A DNA stretch of 64,000 bases. Source: Parcubacteria group bacterium M6-OD1-1. Its GTDB lineage: Bacteria > Patescibacteriota > Minisyncoccia > GWC2-36-17 > M10-OD1-4. The notes under the pieces were generated by a model that made no database searches, was not told where the DNA came from, and was given only the letters and a program-made list of their open reading frames with translations. Positions 17,890-28,024 of this stretch are shown here, piece by piece. Location: the NCBI GenBank assembly GCA_003056085.1, contig LSNK01000001.1, positions 8,481-72,480 of the forward strand, read 5' to 3'. Numbering within the stretch: position 1 is the first letter of the stretch; each line of letters begins with the position of its first letter. Both the position numbers and the translations under genes were made by a program.

Positions 17890-19005
17890 TTAGTTTTTGC
17901 TGCAACCCGTAATCTTGTGATGAACCGGAAACAGCAGTTCATTCAACAAAAAAACGAATTTTTTTGCTTCATCGCGATGCTCTTCCGGGAAATTTTCCGG
18001 CAACCTTCCGTAGATGGCCTGCATAAGAGAAACATGCCATTTGTCTTTGTAATTATCCAGGAAACTAAAAACTCCGGAACAATCCACGGGTTTTAAAAAA
18101 GCGATAGGATGCCTCTCTTTTCCCATTTCCTGAATAAATACTTGAACGATGATGGCGCCGCCATGACGAACAGTTCTCCTGCCTTCTGTTTTGGGTTGAA
18201 GATGAAGCTTATAATGCCCTTCTTTCCCTAAAACAACAGAGGTAAGATCATCGGACGCATCCTTGCGGCTCATTAGCTCCTGAGTTTTCCGAACGATTTT
18301 TTCCCTTTTCTTAAAGGAAAATTCCTTCATTTTTTTGGAAATTTCAAGATACAGCGCCTCCTCTTCGGGAGTTTTAATGCCAAAAAAACATTCTTTGTTG
18401 GGAAAATAAACTTTATCTTCCCATAGAAAGGCACCTTCGGAAAGCTTTCCTTTATTTTCAGACTTGACTCGATGAATCTCCTCCCGAAAAACTTCCCGAT
18501 ATCTTGAAGTTTCACCGTGATTGCAAGCCAGCTCGGTTGTCAGCTTATGAACAATGCCGTTCATATCTTCCTTGGTTTTGACTGCCCGAATTTCTGACAA
18601 AAACTCATAACACTTAACAAGCTGCAAAAGAGCCTTATCCTTGACGCCTTCAATTTCTTTGATGGCATTTTGAATTTTGGCTCCCTGCTTACTTAAGGAC
18701 TCATCAAGATCCCAGTCAGGAAATTTGCTGTACAGAACCTTAAGAGACTGATGACACTCAAAAAGGCGCTCTCCGGCTTTTGTCGCCCATTCACGCTTTT
18801 TAGCAATTTCCTGAGCAGCCTTTTCAACTTCCTCCTCGTCAATGGAAAAATCCATTTGGAGGTCAATGTCAGGCAATTTTTCTGAGTCAAACTTAGCAGG
18901 GACAATGGGGACAACTTTTTCATTTTTGCCGTTAATCTTGTCCTTAATGTCGCCCATCGCGAGAGCCATGACAGTAGTTGCGCCAGCATCTTTTTCCGTG
19001 TTCAT
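17890..19005 (-). CDS. Hypothetical protein (371 aa) with atypically high GC (possible horizontally acquired gene)
   Basis: Codon/GC composition clearly differs from its neighbours; no motif recognised. Confidence 0.6.
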   Translation of the reverse strand: MNTEKDAGATTVMALAMGDIKDKINGKNEKVVPIVPAKFDSEKLPDIDLQMDFSIDEEEVEKAAQEIAKKREWATKAGERLFECHQSLKVLYSKFPDWDLDESLSKQGAKIQNAIKEIEGVKDKALLQLVKCYEFLSEIRAVKTKEDMNGIVHKLTTELACNHGETSRYREVFREEIHRVKSENKGKLSEGAFLWEDKVYFPNKECFFGIKTPEEEALYLEISKKMKEFSFKKREKIVRKTQELMSRKDASDDLTSVVLGKEGHYKLHLQPKTEGRRTVRHGGAIIVQVFIQEMGKERHPIAFLKPVDCSGVFSFLDNYKDKWHVSLMQAIYGRLPENFPEEHRDEAKKFVFLLNELLFPVHHKITGCSKN

Positions 19006-19151
19006 AATATCACCTCTTTGATATATTTTGTATTTAAAAAAACAAACTTAAATCACCAATTATACTTGGTGGTTTTTTCCTTTCTCAACGTACTAAAACA
19101 TATTATACATAAAATATTAATTATGTCAATAGTTGATTTGTTTATATTGCT

Positions 19152-19514
19152 GTGGTATTCTTACCGTTAATGAGATTTATCGCCTTAATAATTTCAAATG
19201 CATTAGCCCTTTTTCTTGCCGCTAATTTTATAGACGGCGTCACATTAAATGGAGGCTACAAAGAGCTTACTCTCGCGGCTGTTGTTATCGGCTTAATTAA
19301 CTTTTTGCTGAAACCGGTCCTAAAATTGCTATTTGGTCCATTTATTATTTTAAGTTTGGGGCTTTTTGTTATAGTTATAAATATGGGCATATTATGGATT
19401 TCTGACCTCTTATTGGAACAGGTTGCATTTTCAGGAATATCCGCCCTGTTTTTAACAACGTTGCTTTTGGGAGTAATAAATTTTATTGTATCAATATCAT
19501 TTAAAAAGCATTAG
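19152..19514 (+). CDS. Phage-holin-family 4 / DUF360-like membrane protein
   Basis: Four TM segments with an internally repeated LKPVLKLLFGPFIILSLGLF pattern. Confidence 0.55.
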   Translation: MVFLPLMRFIALIISNALALFLAANFIDGVTLNGGYKELTLAAVVIGLINFLLKPVLKLLFGPFIILSLGLFVIVINMGILWISDLLLEQVAFSGISALFLTTLLLGVINFIVSISFKKH

Positions 19515-19563
19515 GAAATTTATTCAATTTTGATTGAGTTTAATTATATAATTTAAAAAAAGA

Positions 19564-19779
19564 ATGTTTAATATAATTTTAATAATAATATCTATAGGAC
19601 TAATAACTGTGGTTTTGCTTCAGCAGAAAAATGCCGGAGGAGGATCTATGTTTGGTGGAGGTGGAGGATCTGAAAACATCTATCAAACAAAAAGAGGACT
19701 TGATAAAGTATTATTTATAGCAACAATCGTTTTATCTGCCCTTTTTATTGGGATAGCTTTTGTAAGACTATTACTTTAA
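19564..19779 (+). CDS. secG: Preprotein translocase subunit SecG
   Basis: Two TM helices flank a Gly-rich loop (LLQQKNAGGGSMFGGGGGS). Confidence 0.8.
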   Translation: MFNIILIIISIGLITVVLLQQKNAGGGSMFGGGGGSENIYQTKRGLDKVLFIATIVLSALFIGIAFVRLLL

Positions 19780-19782
19780 AGC

Positions 19783-21579
19783 ATGAGAAACAATAAAAGA
19801 AGCCTATGCTTCTTTTATTTATTGTTTTTTAAAGCTTTTAATTTAATTAATACTACACCTAAAAAATTCAAATGGCCTTTATGGTCTCAGTTAAGACAAC
19901 TGCCAAGCATATTAACCAAAAAAGAAAAATATGCTGTGTTTTTGCTTTTAATTTTATCTTTGTTTTTTGGCATCTCTTCACTCTGGAACTTTTATATAGT
20001 AAAAACTGAAGAAATACCGGCTTTCGGGAAAAGATACACAGAAGCTTTAGTTGGCGGCCCTCAATTTATAAATCCAATTTTGATAACATCAAACGATGTA
20101 GATAGAGATATTTCAAAACTCATTTATTCCGGACTTATGGAATATTCTCCGGAAGGTGACATCGTTCCCGGACTCGCCAAGTCATATAAAATATCAAAGG
20201 ATGGAAAAGAATATACATTCTTTTTAAGAGATGATATTTTTTGGCATGATGGTAAAAAATTTACTGCAGATGATGTCGTATTTACAATATCCGCCATTAT
20301 AAATCCAGCCTACTCAAGCCCTCTCAGGTATTCCTGGCAAGGAATAAAAGTGGAAAAAGTGGATGATTTTACAGTTAAATTTACTTTAAACAATGTTTAT
20401 GCTCCTTTTTTAGAAAAAACCACTTTAGGTATAATGCCCAAACATATTTGGGGGCCGATAGAGCCTAGAAACATCATATTGGCCAACCCAAACTTAAACC
20501 CTATAGGAACAGGTCCTTTCAAAATGAAAAAGATTGTAAAAAACAAAGAAGGTCAAATCACCTCTATTTATCTTGAAGCAAACGACGATTATTATAAAAA
20601 AAGGCCTTATATAAATGAAATTGTATTTTATTTTTATGACGATGAGGAGCAAGCGATAAATGCCTACCAAAAAAACGAAGTGCTCGGAGTTTCTAATGTC
20701 TCGCCTAAAAATAAATATCTTGTATTTAATAAAGAAACTAAAATCTACAATCTAAATATTCCAAAATATTTTTCTATCTTTTTCAATCAAAATCAAAGCA
20801 TAGTTTTGTCAGATAAAAAAATAAGAGAAGCATTGGCATACGCCACCGATAAAGAATATTTGAATAAAAATGTATTTTTAGGAGAAGCAAAATTAATTGA
20901 CTCACCTATTTTACCAAATCTGCCGGGTTATAATGATGAAGTTACAAAATACGAATACAATCCGCAGAAAGCAAGGGACATTTTAGAAGAAGCTGGGTGG
21001 ATTGATAAAAATGAAGATGGCATCAGGGAAAAATCTCCAGGGAAAGGAAAAGATCCTGTTGATCTTTCCATCACCTTAACAACATCTGACTTTACAGATC
21101 TTGCAAAAACAGCAGAAATTATAAAAGAACAATGGGCTCAAGTTGGAGTTAAAGTAAATGTTGAAAATTACGGAATTGACGAGCTTAAGCAAAATGTAAT
21201 AAAAACAAGAGGTTATGATGCTTTGATTTTTGGTGAAGTGTTGTCACACGAGCCGGACTTGTTCGCATTTTGGCATTCTTCACAAAAAAAAGACCCGGGA
21301 CTTAACCTTTCACTTTACAACAATAAAGATGTGGATAAGCTTTTGGAAGAGGCTCGACAAACATTAGATGTAAAAAAGAGAGAAGAAAAACTTAAAAAAT
21401 TACAAAAATTAATCGTAGATGATGTCCCCGCTATCTTTTTATATTCCCCCAATTATCTTTATCCCGTAAGCAAAAAAGTTAAAGGAATTGAAATTAAAAA
21501 TATAGCATTGCCGTCAAAAAGATTTTCAGGAATAGAAAACTGGTATATAAATACTCAAAGAATCTCAAAAAGAAAATAA
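19783..21579 (+). CDS. ABC transporter substrate-binding protein, family 5 (peptide/nickel, OppA-like)
   Basis: N-terminal signal anchor; SBP_bac_5 architecture over ~600 aa. Confidence 0.8.
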   Translation: MRNNKRSLCFFYLLFFKAFNLINTTPKKFKWPLWSQLRQLPSILTKKEKYAVFLLLILSLFFGISSLWNFYIVKTEEIPAFGKRYTEALVGGPQFINPILITSNDVDRDISKLIYSGLMEYSPEGDIVPGLAKSYKISKDGKEYTFFLRDDIFWHDGKKFTADDVVFTISAIINPAYSSPLRYSWQGIKVEKVDDFTVKFTLNNVYAPFLEKTTLGIMPKHIWGPIEPRNIILANPNLNPIGTGPFKMKKIVKNKEGQITSIYLEANDDYYKKRPYINEIVFYFYDDEEQAINAYQKNEVLGVSNVSPKNKYLVFNKETKIYNLNIPKYFSIFFNQNQSIVLSDKKIREALAYATDKEYLNKNVFLGEAKLIDSPILPNLPGYNDEVTKYEYNPQKARDILEEAGWIDKNEDGIREKSPGKGKDPVDLSITLTTSDFTDLAKTAEIIKEQWAQVGVKVNVENYGIDELKQNVIKTRGYDALIFGEVLSHEPDLFAFWHSSQKKDPGLNLSLYNNKDVDKLLEEARQTLDVKKREEKLKKLQKLIVDDVPAIFLYSPNYLYPVSKKVKGIEIKNIALPSKRFSGIENWYINTQRISKRK

Positions 21580-21619
21580 TAAATACTTCAAATTACGAAA
21601 CACTAAAATTTCCAATAAA

Positions 21620-22948
21620 ATGAATGCAAAAAATATAAATAAAATATTTAAAGCATACGATGTAAGAGGAATATATAAAGAGGAGTTTGATGAAGAAATT
21701 GCAGAAAAAACAGCAAAAGCAACTGCTGAATTTTTAAATGCAAAAACAATCTTAGTGGCAACAGACGCCAGAGATTCCTCTGAATCTCTAAGAAATTCCG
21801 TTATAAAAGGACTTTTAGATTCCGGAGTTAATATTATAAATATAGGCGTAACAACAACTCCTATGTTTTATTTTGCAGTAAATGAAGAAAAAACTGACGG
21901 CGGTATAATGATAACCGCATCTCATAACCCTCCAAAATACAACGGACTTAAAATAGTAAGAAGCGAAGCCCGCCCTATTGGAGAAGACTCCGGACTATCA
22001 GATATTAAAAACAGCGTATTGTTAAATAAATTCAAAACACCGAAAATAAAAGGAAACGAAATTAAAAAAGACCTTTTGGAAAAATATGTTAATTTCCTAA
22101 CAAAAAACATAAGTGATTTAAATATAAAAATAACAGCGGATTTTTCATGCGGAGCATCCAGCGCTGTGGTTAAAAAGTTAGCTGAAAAGTTAAATATAAA
22201 ATTAACCGCTTTATGTGAAGTCGGCAAAAAACAAACTCATGAGGGCAATCCTTTAAAAGACGAAAATGTGATTGACTTAAAAAATAAATTAAAACAAGAA
22301 AAAGTTGATTTGGGAGTTGCTTTTGACACAGACGCCGACAGAATATTTTTCTTCACACCAAAAGGCAAAAGAATAGATTCTTTTACTGTCGCTTCTCTTC
22401 TCTCAGAAAGCTATTTAAAAAACAACAAAGAACAATTCTTTGTGGGAAGTGTAAATATAAGCAAAGTATTTGAGGAAACTGTAAAAGAAAACGGAGGGAA
22501 ATACAAAAAAAGTAAAGTTGGTCATGTTTTTATGAAACAAGCCATGAGAGAAAATGATGCGGTTTTTGGCGCAGAACTTTCGGGACACTTTTACTTTAAA
22601 AACTTTTTTTATGCCGATTCCGGGATATTTACCCTAATGAAAGTTTTAGAAATTATGAAAAAAACCGGAAAATCCATATCAGAACTAACAGAAAAATATA
22701 ACAGATATTTTAGGTCAGGAGAAATAAATTTTAAAGTAAAAGATAAAGATAAATCGCTCAATGATATAAAAAATTTCTTCAAAGATGGAGAACTTTCAGA
22801 ACAAGATGGAATAACATTGAAATTCCCAAATTTCTGGCTCAATGCAAGAACATCAAACACAGAACCTCTTTTGCGGGTAAACATAGAAGCGGACACAGAA
22901 GAACTGTTAAAAGAAAAAATCAATCAAATAAATGAAATTTTAAAATAA
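21620..22948 (+). CDS. Phosphoglucomutase/phosphomannomutase (alpha-D-phosphohexomutase)
   Basis: TASHNPP active-site loop; four-domain length. Confidence 0.85.
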   Translation: MNAKNINKIFKAYDVRGIYKEEFDEEIAEKTAKATAEFLNAKTILVATDARDSSESLRNSVIKGLLDSGVNIINIGVTTTPMFYFAVNEEKTDGGIMITASHNPPKYNGLKIVRSEARPIGEDSGLSDIKNSVLLNKFKTPKIKGNEIKKDLLEKYVNFLTKNISDLNIKITADFSCGASSAVVKKLAEKLNIKLTALCEVGKKQTHEGNPLKDENVIDLKNKLKQEKVDLGVAFDTDADRIFFFTPKGKRIDSFTVASLLSESYLKNNKEQFFVGSVNISKVFEETVKENGGKYKKSKVGHVFMKQAMRENDAVFGAELSGHFYFKNFFYADSGIFTLMKVLEIMKKTGKSISELTEKYNRYFRSGEINFKVKDKDKSLNDIKNFFKDGELSEQDGITLKFPNFWLNARTSNTEPLLRVNIEADTEELLKEKINQINEILK

Positions 22949-22949
22949 A

Positions 22950-22983
22950 AAAAACCCCAATGTAATCACATCGGGGTTTTTTA
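22950..22983 (+). terminator. Rho-independent terminator
   Basis: CCCCAATG...CATCGGGG followed by a T-run. Confidence 0.6.
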
Positions 22984-23007
22984 GAGACAATTACAGAAAT
23001 AATAAAA

Positions 23008-23160
23008 TCATTTTTATAATACGAAACATCTAAATAGATGTTTCGTAAGAAATTTAAAAGAACGCAAGTCTCGAGGAGAGAGATTTTTGTCTAAAAGACA
23101 AAAAACTTACCCTTTCAAATTTCATTCCATTTAGATGTTCCGTATTATAAAAATGATATT
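23008..23160. repeat. MITE-like element: ~30-bp terminal inverted repeats (ATCATTTTTATAATACGAAACATCTAAAT / ATTTAGATGTTCCGTATTATAAAAATGAT) flanking ~90 bp
   Basis: The inverted repeats are visible directly. The interior holds a TTTTGTCTAAAAGACAAAA palindrome and a GAACGCAAGTCT motif also found at 25320. Confidence 0.5.
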
Positions 23161-23766
23161 TTAAAATATATCCATATCGCCATCTTTAGTACTGGTAAGA
23201 ACTTTCCCTGCTGATATAATTTGAGTTTTAATAAAATCAAGGACAGCATTTCTTGCAACCGTTGATCTCCATAACGGTAAGTCTCTTTTTGGATGACCTG
23301 ATAATTCTATTAATCTAATGTATGCTGTGGATACTAAATCTTCAAATTCATAAGGTTTGATACTCAAAGTATTATTTTTAAGTTTTCTTAATGCAAATTT
23401 ACTGCCTATTTCGGCAGATTTTTTAAGTATATCAACATTTTTTTCTGCCCAATCATTATCAATCATTATTACTTTCTTTTGATAATTTAAAAATAACCAT
23501 CCTTGTTTTCTCGCCCTATAAGAAGTTGCTTTCGATACATTATATTTCTCTTGAATATCTTTTGCGTTCATATCCTTAGAAATTAATATTCTTTTTCTTT
23601 CTGTTGTCCCGGCATCAATAAAAATTTCTTTCTCTATATACTTATCAGACTTATCAGAATCATTATTATTTTCTTGTCCTTCAAAATTATCTTTTTTTTG
23701 ATTATTTATAGAATCATCTTCTTTCTCAACTCCGATTGATTCATTTACATTAAATTGTTCATTCAT
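23161..23766 (-). CDS. Hypothetical DNA-binding protein with a sigma-70 region-4-like HTH followed by a region-2-like segment (permuted order)
   Basis: Acidic N-terminus; LISKDMNAKDIQEKYNVSKATSYRARKQG (HTH); C-terminal DLVSTAYIRLIEL...LWRSTVARNAVLDFIK resembles sigma region 2. Confidence 0.45.
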   Translation of the reverse strand: MNEQFNVNESIGVEKEDDSINNQKKDNFEGQENNNDSDKSDKYIEKEIFIDAGTTERKRILISKDMNAKDIQEKYNVSKATSYRARKQGWLFLNYQKKVIMIDNDWAEKNVDILKKSAEIGSKFALRKLKNNTLSIKPYEFEDLVSTAYIRLIELSGHPKRDLPLWRSTVARNAVLDFIKTQIISAGKVLTSTKDGDMDIF

Positions 23767-23895
23767 ATTTTTATATAATTAATAATATTATACCTATATA
23801 ATATATTATCCTAATAAAAAAATAATCTCAATACATCTTTTTAAAAATGAGGCAAGTTACTTGAAATATATTTCTTTCACTTGCCTTAAAAACGA

Positions 23896-24272
23896 CTAAT
23901 TTTTCGGGTAGTCAATCCCAGCAAATTCAATCGCCGAAATTATTACGGAGAATCTTTTATACCCCCTCTTACCCATCTTGTCTATCGTATACAGCCTCAT
24001 TAATTTTTTACCGTCTGAATCTTCAGCGGCAAAATAGACAAGCCTGTATCCTGTTGAGAGTAAAAATGCTCTTTTGGCTATCCAAGAAATTGACCAACCT
24101 TTCCTCTGAGCATATGCGGGAGAATTCCATTTTATTGGGATTTCCCATATAGGCAAGTCGTCAATCTCCTTGGCAAAGCCTTTCTTCACCAAAGAGTTCA
24201 AATGCACAATCCTTGCTCTCTTCTTTTTTTCAGAAGTAAAAAAGCTCCTGAGATTCATTTTCTGTACCATAA
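23896..24272 (-). CDS. RelE/ParE-superfamily toxin-like protein (orphan; no adjacent antitoxin found)
   Basis: AGGAGG RBS before MVQKMNL...; C-terminal YRLVYFAAEDSDGKKLMRLYTIDKMGKRGYKR resembles the YRIIYRV...RKDVYKR toxin core. Confidence 0.45.
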
Positions 24273-25317
24273 TTTCCTCCTTTAGGAAATTATTGCAACC
24301 TGCCACAGTTGCGAAAAAGTTTTTCTCAGGGTGGCTGTATCCTGAGAAGTATATCTACCCCTTCTTAGTTAGGGTATAAATTCTTCCTCATAAAGAGGTT
24401 TCTGGTAATCTCGGGCGGTTTAAGTCCGGGGTTGCCAGCCGATCTCCTTACGAAAACGGTTGATGAGTTGTATTTTATTATACGACTCTGCACTATCCGT
24501 TAAAAAGTTTGCTTGCATTTTAACGGCACAGATGACCCATCTTAGCAAAACTATTGAAAAGCTGAATAACTTTTCAGATTTTATCAAAAGGTTATTTTCA
24601 GTCTCTACTCTCTCCTCATTTTTGCTTCTTTGCAAAAAGAAAATAAAGACAAACTTCTAATAATATCTAACAAAGAACAATTTTTTCCCTTTTTATTAAG
24701 AGAACAACAGAGATGATACGAGATATTTAAAGTGTTTAATATGATTTCACACCCAATATTTCACACTCTTTCCTCTCTGTTGTTTTTCCAACAAATCTTT
24801 CGATTCTATGTTAAGATACAAAAAAAGCAGTTGAGAATCTTTTTCCAATAATATGAGGAAAGAGACTTTCAACTGCCTTCTAAAAACAATCAATAATATA
24901 TGTTTTCTGTATATTGTCTATATAACATAGATTATACATACATTTTTTATTTTACTTCATTTTTATACTGGTTTGTTTCCAGTCTCTCTCCTCAAAGAAT
25001 TTTTTATTTATTTTTCAAAGTTCCTTCTTTTACTGATTTGTCTATCTTTACTGTTTTTTCACAATATCATATTTTTTAAAATCTGTCAAGTATTTTTCTT
25101 TTCTGATTTATTAACGTACTTATATACTAACATAGTTTATATATACTGTCAAGGGTTTTAAAATAACCTTTCTAATGCTATTATTTTCTCATATTTTACA
25201 TTTAAGTGTAATTCTTCAGAAAAATTAACCATACAAGTAAGGATTTGAGTTTTCGAATACACTTTTTGTGAATGTTATTTAAAAGTTAACAATACAAGAA
25301 CATCAAAATCAAAAGTT

Positions 25318-25482
25318 TGAACGCAAGTCTGAAAAGTGAAATAAGTTTTATTATAACTAAAGTATGAGGGGCTTGAATATTTAAGCGCAGTTTGAGGCAA
25401 AAATGAAGAGTGCAACGAGTCGTACTGATAGGTACGACGAGTAAGCGATAAATTTTTAACGACAAAATGCACCAAATATGCA
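25318..25482 (+). repeat. Dispersed structured repeat, copy F
   Basis: GAGGCAAAAATGAAGAGTGCAACGA[GTCGTAC-TGATAG-GTACGAC]GAGTAAGCGATAAATTTTTAACGACAAAATGCACCAAAT. The hairpin shows a compensatory T/A change. It lies just upstream of ychF. Confidence 0.7.
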
Positions 25483-25497
25483 AGACCACAAAATATT

Positions 25498-26604
25498 ATG
25501 TCTTTTAGTATTGGTATCGTAGGATTACCCAACGTCGGCAAGTCCACCCTATTTAACGCCTTAACTAAAAATCCCGTGGATATCCAAAACTATCCTTTTT
25601 GCACCATCGACCCAAATGTCGGTGTTGTTACCGTGCCTGATGAAAGATTAGAAAAATTATCTGAAATATCAAATTCTGAAAAAATAATTCCCACCGTTAT
25701 TGAATTTGTTGACATCGCAGGTCTTGTAAAAGGTGCAAGTAAGGGCGAAGGTCTTGGAAATAAATTTTTGTCCCACATACGGGAAGTTAAAGCTATCTGT
25801 GAAGTTGTAAGAATATTTGATGATGAAAACATTACTCATGTTGATAAAAAAGTAGATCCTCTGTCTGATGTTCAGACCATAAACCTTGAACTTATTTTTG
25901 CAGATTTAGACACTATAAATAAGAGATTGGAAAAAACATCAAAAGAAACAAGAAGCGGCAACAAAGAAGCTCTGTTTCAGACAGAAGTGTTAAATAAACT
26001 GAAAAATCATCTTGAGAAAGAAAATATGATAAACTCTTTAGATCTTGAGGAAAAAGAAATTGAATTAGTAAAAGAGTTAAATCTTTTAAGATCAAAACCG
26101 ATTTTGTATGTTTTGAATAAAAAATTTGGAGGAGAAAATTTAGATGAAATGAACGACGAAAGATATCAAAAATTGATGGATTATTTTGAAAAAAACAACT
26201 CAAAATATATTATTTTAGATGCTGCGATAGAAGCTGAAATGAATAAATTTTCTGAAGAAGAAAAACAAGAATATAAAAAAGAATTTAATATCAGTGAAAA
26301 TTCCGGTTTGGACAGCTTAATAAAAGAAAGTTACAGTCTATTGGGACTAATAACATACCTAACTACGGGAGAAAAAGAAACAAGAGCATGGACGGTTAAA
26401 AAAGACTCCCCTGCTCCTGTTGCCGCCGCGGAAATTCATACAGATTTTGAAAAGAAATTTATAAAAGCAGAAGTTGTAACATATAAGGACTTAACAATGT
26501 CCGGATCGTACGCCCAAGCAAGAGAGAAAGGACTATTACAAACCAAAGGAAAAGAATATATAGTAAAAGATGGCGATGTTTTGGAGTTTAAAATAGCTCC
26601 TTAA
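25498..26604 (+). CDS. ychF: Ribosome-binding ATPase YchF
   Basis: GLPNVGKSTLFNALT G1 motif; TGS domain at the C-terminus. Confidence 0.9.
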   Translation: MSFSIGIVGLPNVGKSTLFNALTKNPVDIQNYPFCTIDPNVGVVTVPDERLEKLSEISNSEKIIPTVIEFVDIAGLVKGASKGEGLGNKFLSHIREVKAICEVVRIFDDENITHVDKKVDPLSDVQTINLELIFADLDTINKRLEKTSKETRSGNKEALFQTEVLNKLKNHLEKENMINSLDLEEKEIELVKELNLLRSKPILYVLNKKFGGENLDEMNDERYQKLMDYFEKNNSKYIILDAAIEAEMNKFSEEEKQEYKKEFNISENSGLDSLIKESYSLLGLITYLTTGEKETRAWTVKKDSPAPVAAAEIHTDFEKKFIKAEVVTYKDLTMSGSYAQAREKGLLQTKGKEYIVKDGDVLEFKIAP

Positions 26605-26727
26605 TTTTATTAATTTATTAAAAAATCAAAACTAATACAAGGGTTGCCATTTTGTCTATTTTATAGTAGCATATTGCTAAGACTTAAATTCGCCTTTGGT
26701 CCTAAAAATTAATAAAAACAGCTTAAA

Positions 26728-27198
26728 ATGACTGAAAATAAAAAACTATACGAATTTGCATATTTTTTATCATCATCCATATCAGAAGATGATGTCTTAA
26801 AACATGTCCAAAAACTTAGAGACATTTTAGAAAAACACTCCGGAGAGATAGTAAGGGAAGAATTGCCTCAGATAAGAAATTTAGCATATCCAATAAAACA
26901 TCAACGTCAAGGATATTTTGGATACACTCACTTTAAAACTTCAAACAATCAAATAAAAGATCTTAACATCACCCTTCAGTTATCTAAAGATATCCTAAGA
27001 TTTTTTATTATAGAAGTATCAAAAAAACAACTTGAACAATTGGCCGGAGGAAACATAAATATACCAAAAAAACAGCAAAAAGAAGCGGAAAAAGCGGTAG
27101 AATCAGTGCTTAAAAGAGGCGCAAAAAGCCAAGTGGAAGAACAGAAAGTTGAATTTGAAGAGTTGGAGGAAAAATTAGAGGAGATTTTAAATAAATAA
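26728..27198 (+). CDS. rpsF: 30S ribosomal protein S6
   Basis: S6 fold pattern with an acidic C-terminal tail; first gene of a conserved rpsF-ssb-rpsR operon. Confidence 0.85.
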   Translation: MTENKKLYEFAYFLSSSISEDDVLKHVQKLRDILEKHSGEIVREELPQIRNLAYPIKHQRQGYFGYTHFKTSNNQIKDLNITLQLSKDILRFFIIEVSKKQLEQLAGGNINIPKKQQKEAEKAVESVLKRGAKSQVEEQKVEFEELEEKLEEILNK

Positions 27199-27287
27199 TT
27201 TTACGAATCAAGAATAAAGAACCAGGAGTCAAAATAAACACAAAATAATGCACTTAATTCCTGATTCTTAATCCTTAATTCTTTTTT

Positions 27288-27713
27288 ATGAATTTAAATA
27301 AAGTAATGTTAATAGGAAATTTGACTCGTGATCCGGAGTCTAAGTCAACGACAACAGGCAGAACTGTAACGACATTTTCAATTGCAACCAACAGAATGTG
27401 GACTGATCAAGACGGTCAAAAACAACAGAAAACAGAATTTCATAATATTGTAGCATGGGGAAAAATCGGAGATATATGCGCTCAATATTTGAAAAGAGGA
27501 GGACTTGTTTATGTAGAAGGACGGCTTGAAACAAGATCATGGGACGGACAAGACGGAGTTAAAAGATATAAAACAGAAATAGTTCTTGAAAATATGCAAA
27601 TGGGACCAAGAGCTGGAGGAGCTTCTACTCAATCTGAGAAATCAGAAAATAATGCTGCCGGAGAACCGGCAAAAGCTGAAGATGAAATAAACATAGAAGA
27701 TATTCCATTTTAG
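27288..27713 (+). CDS. ssb: Single-stranded DNA-binding protein
   Basis: OB fold; Gly/Gln-rich tail ending DIPF. Confidence 0.9.
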   Translation: MNLNKVMLIGNLTRDPESKSTTTGRTVTTFSIATNRMWTDQDGQKQQKTEFHNIVAWGKIGDICAQYLKRGGLVYVEGRLETRSWDGQDGVKRYKTEIVLENMQMGPRAGGASTQSEKSENNAAGEPAKAEDEINIEDIPF

Positions 27714-27743
27714 TAAAAAATTAAAAGTTATAAAATAATAGAT

Positions 27744-27965
27744 ATGATTAATAACAAAAAAAGGCCTTGTCATTTTTGTGTAACAAACACAAAATGGATA
27801 GATTACAAAGATGCTGAAACTTTAAAAAAGTTTACATCAATGCAATCAAAAATGATGCCAAAGAAAAGAACAGGGACTTGCGCAAAACATCAAAGAGAGC
27901 TTGCAAATGCAGTAAAAAGAGCTCGATTTATGTCTTTGCTGCAATTTACGGTTATCAAAAAATAA
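27744..27965 (+). CDS. rpsR: 30S ribosomal protein S18
   Basis: CHFC...IDYKD...RARFMSLL pattern. Confidence 0.85.
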   Translation: MINNKKRPCHFCVTNTKWIDYKDAETLKKFTSMQSKMMPKKRTGTCAKHQRELANAVKRARFMSLLQFTVIKK

Positions 27966-27987
27966 ACAAAAATTCCAATCAAAATAA

Positions 27988-28020
27988 AAACCCCGCCAAA
28001 ATTGGCGGGGTTTTTATTTT
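27988..28020. terminator. Bidirectional terminator (CCCCGCC AAAATT GGCGGGG + T-run)
   Basis: Perfect stem between the convergent rpsR and recA genes. Confidence 0.75.
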
Positions 28021-28024
28021 AAAA

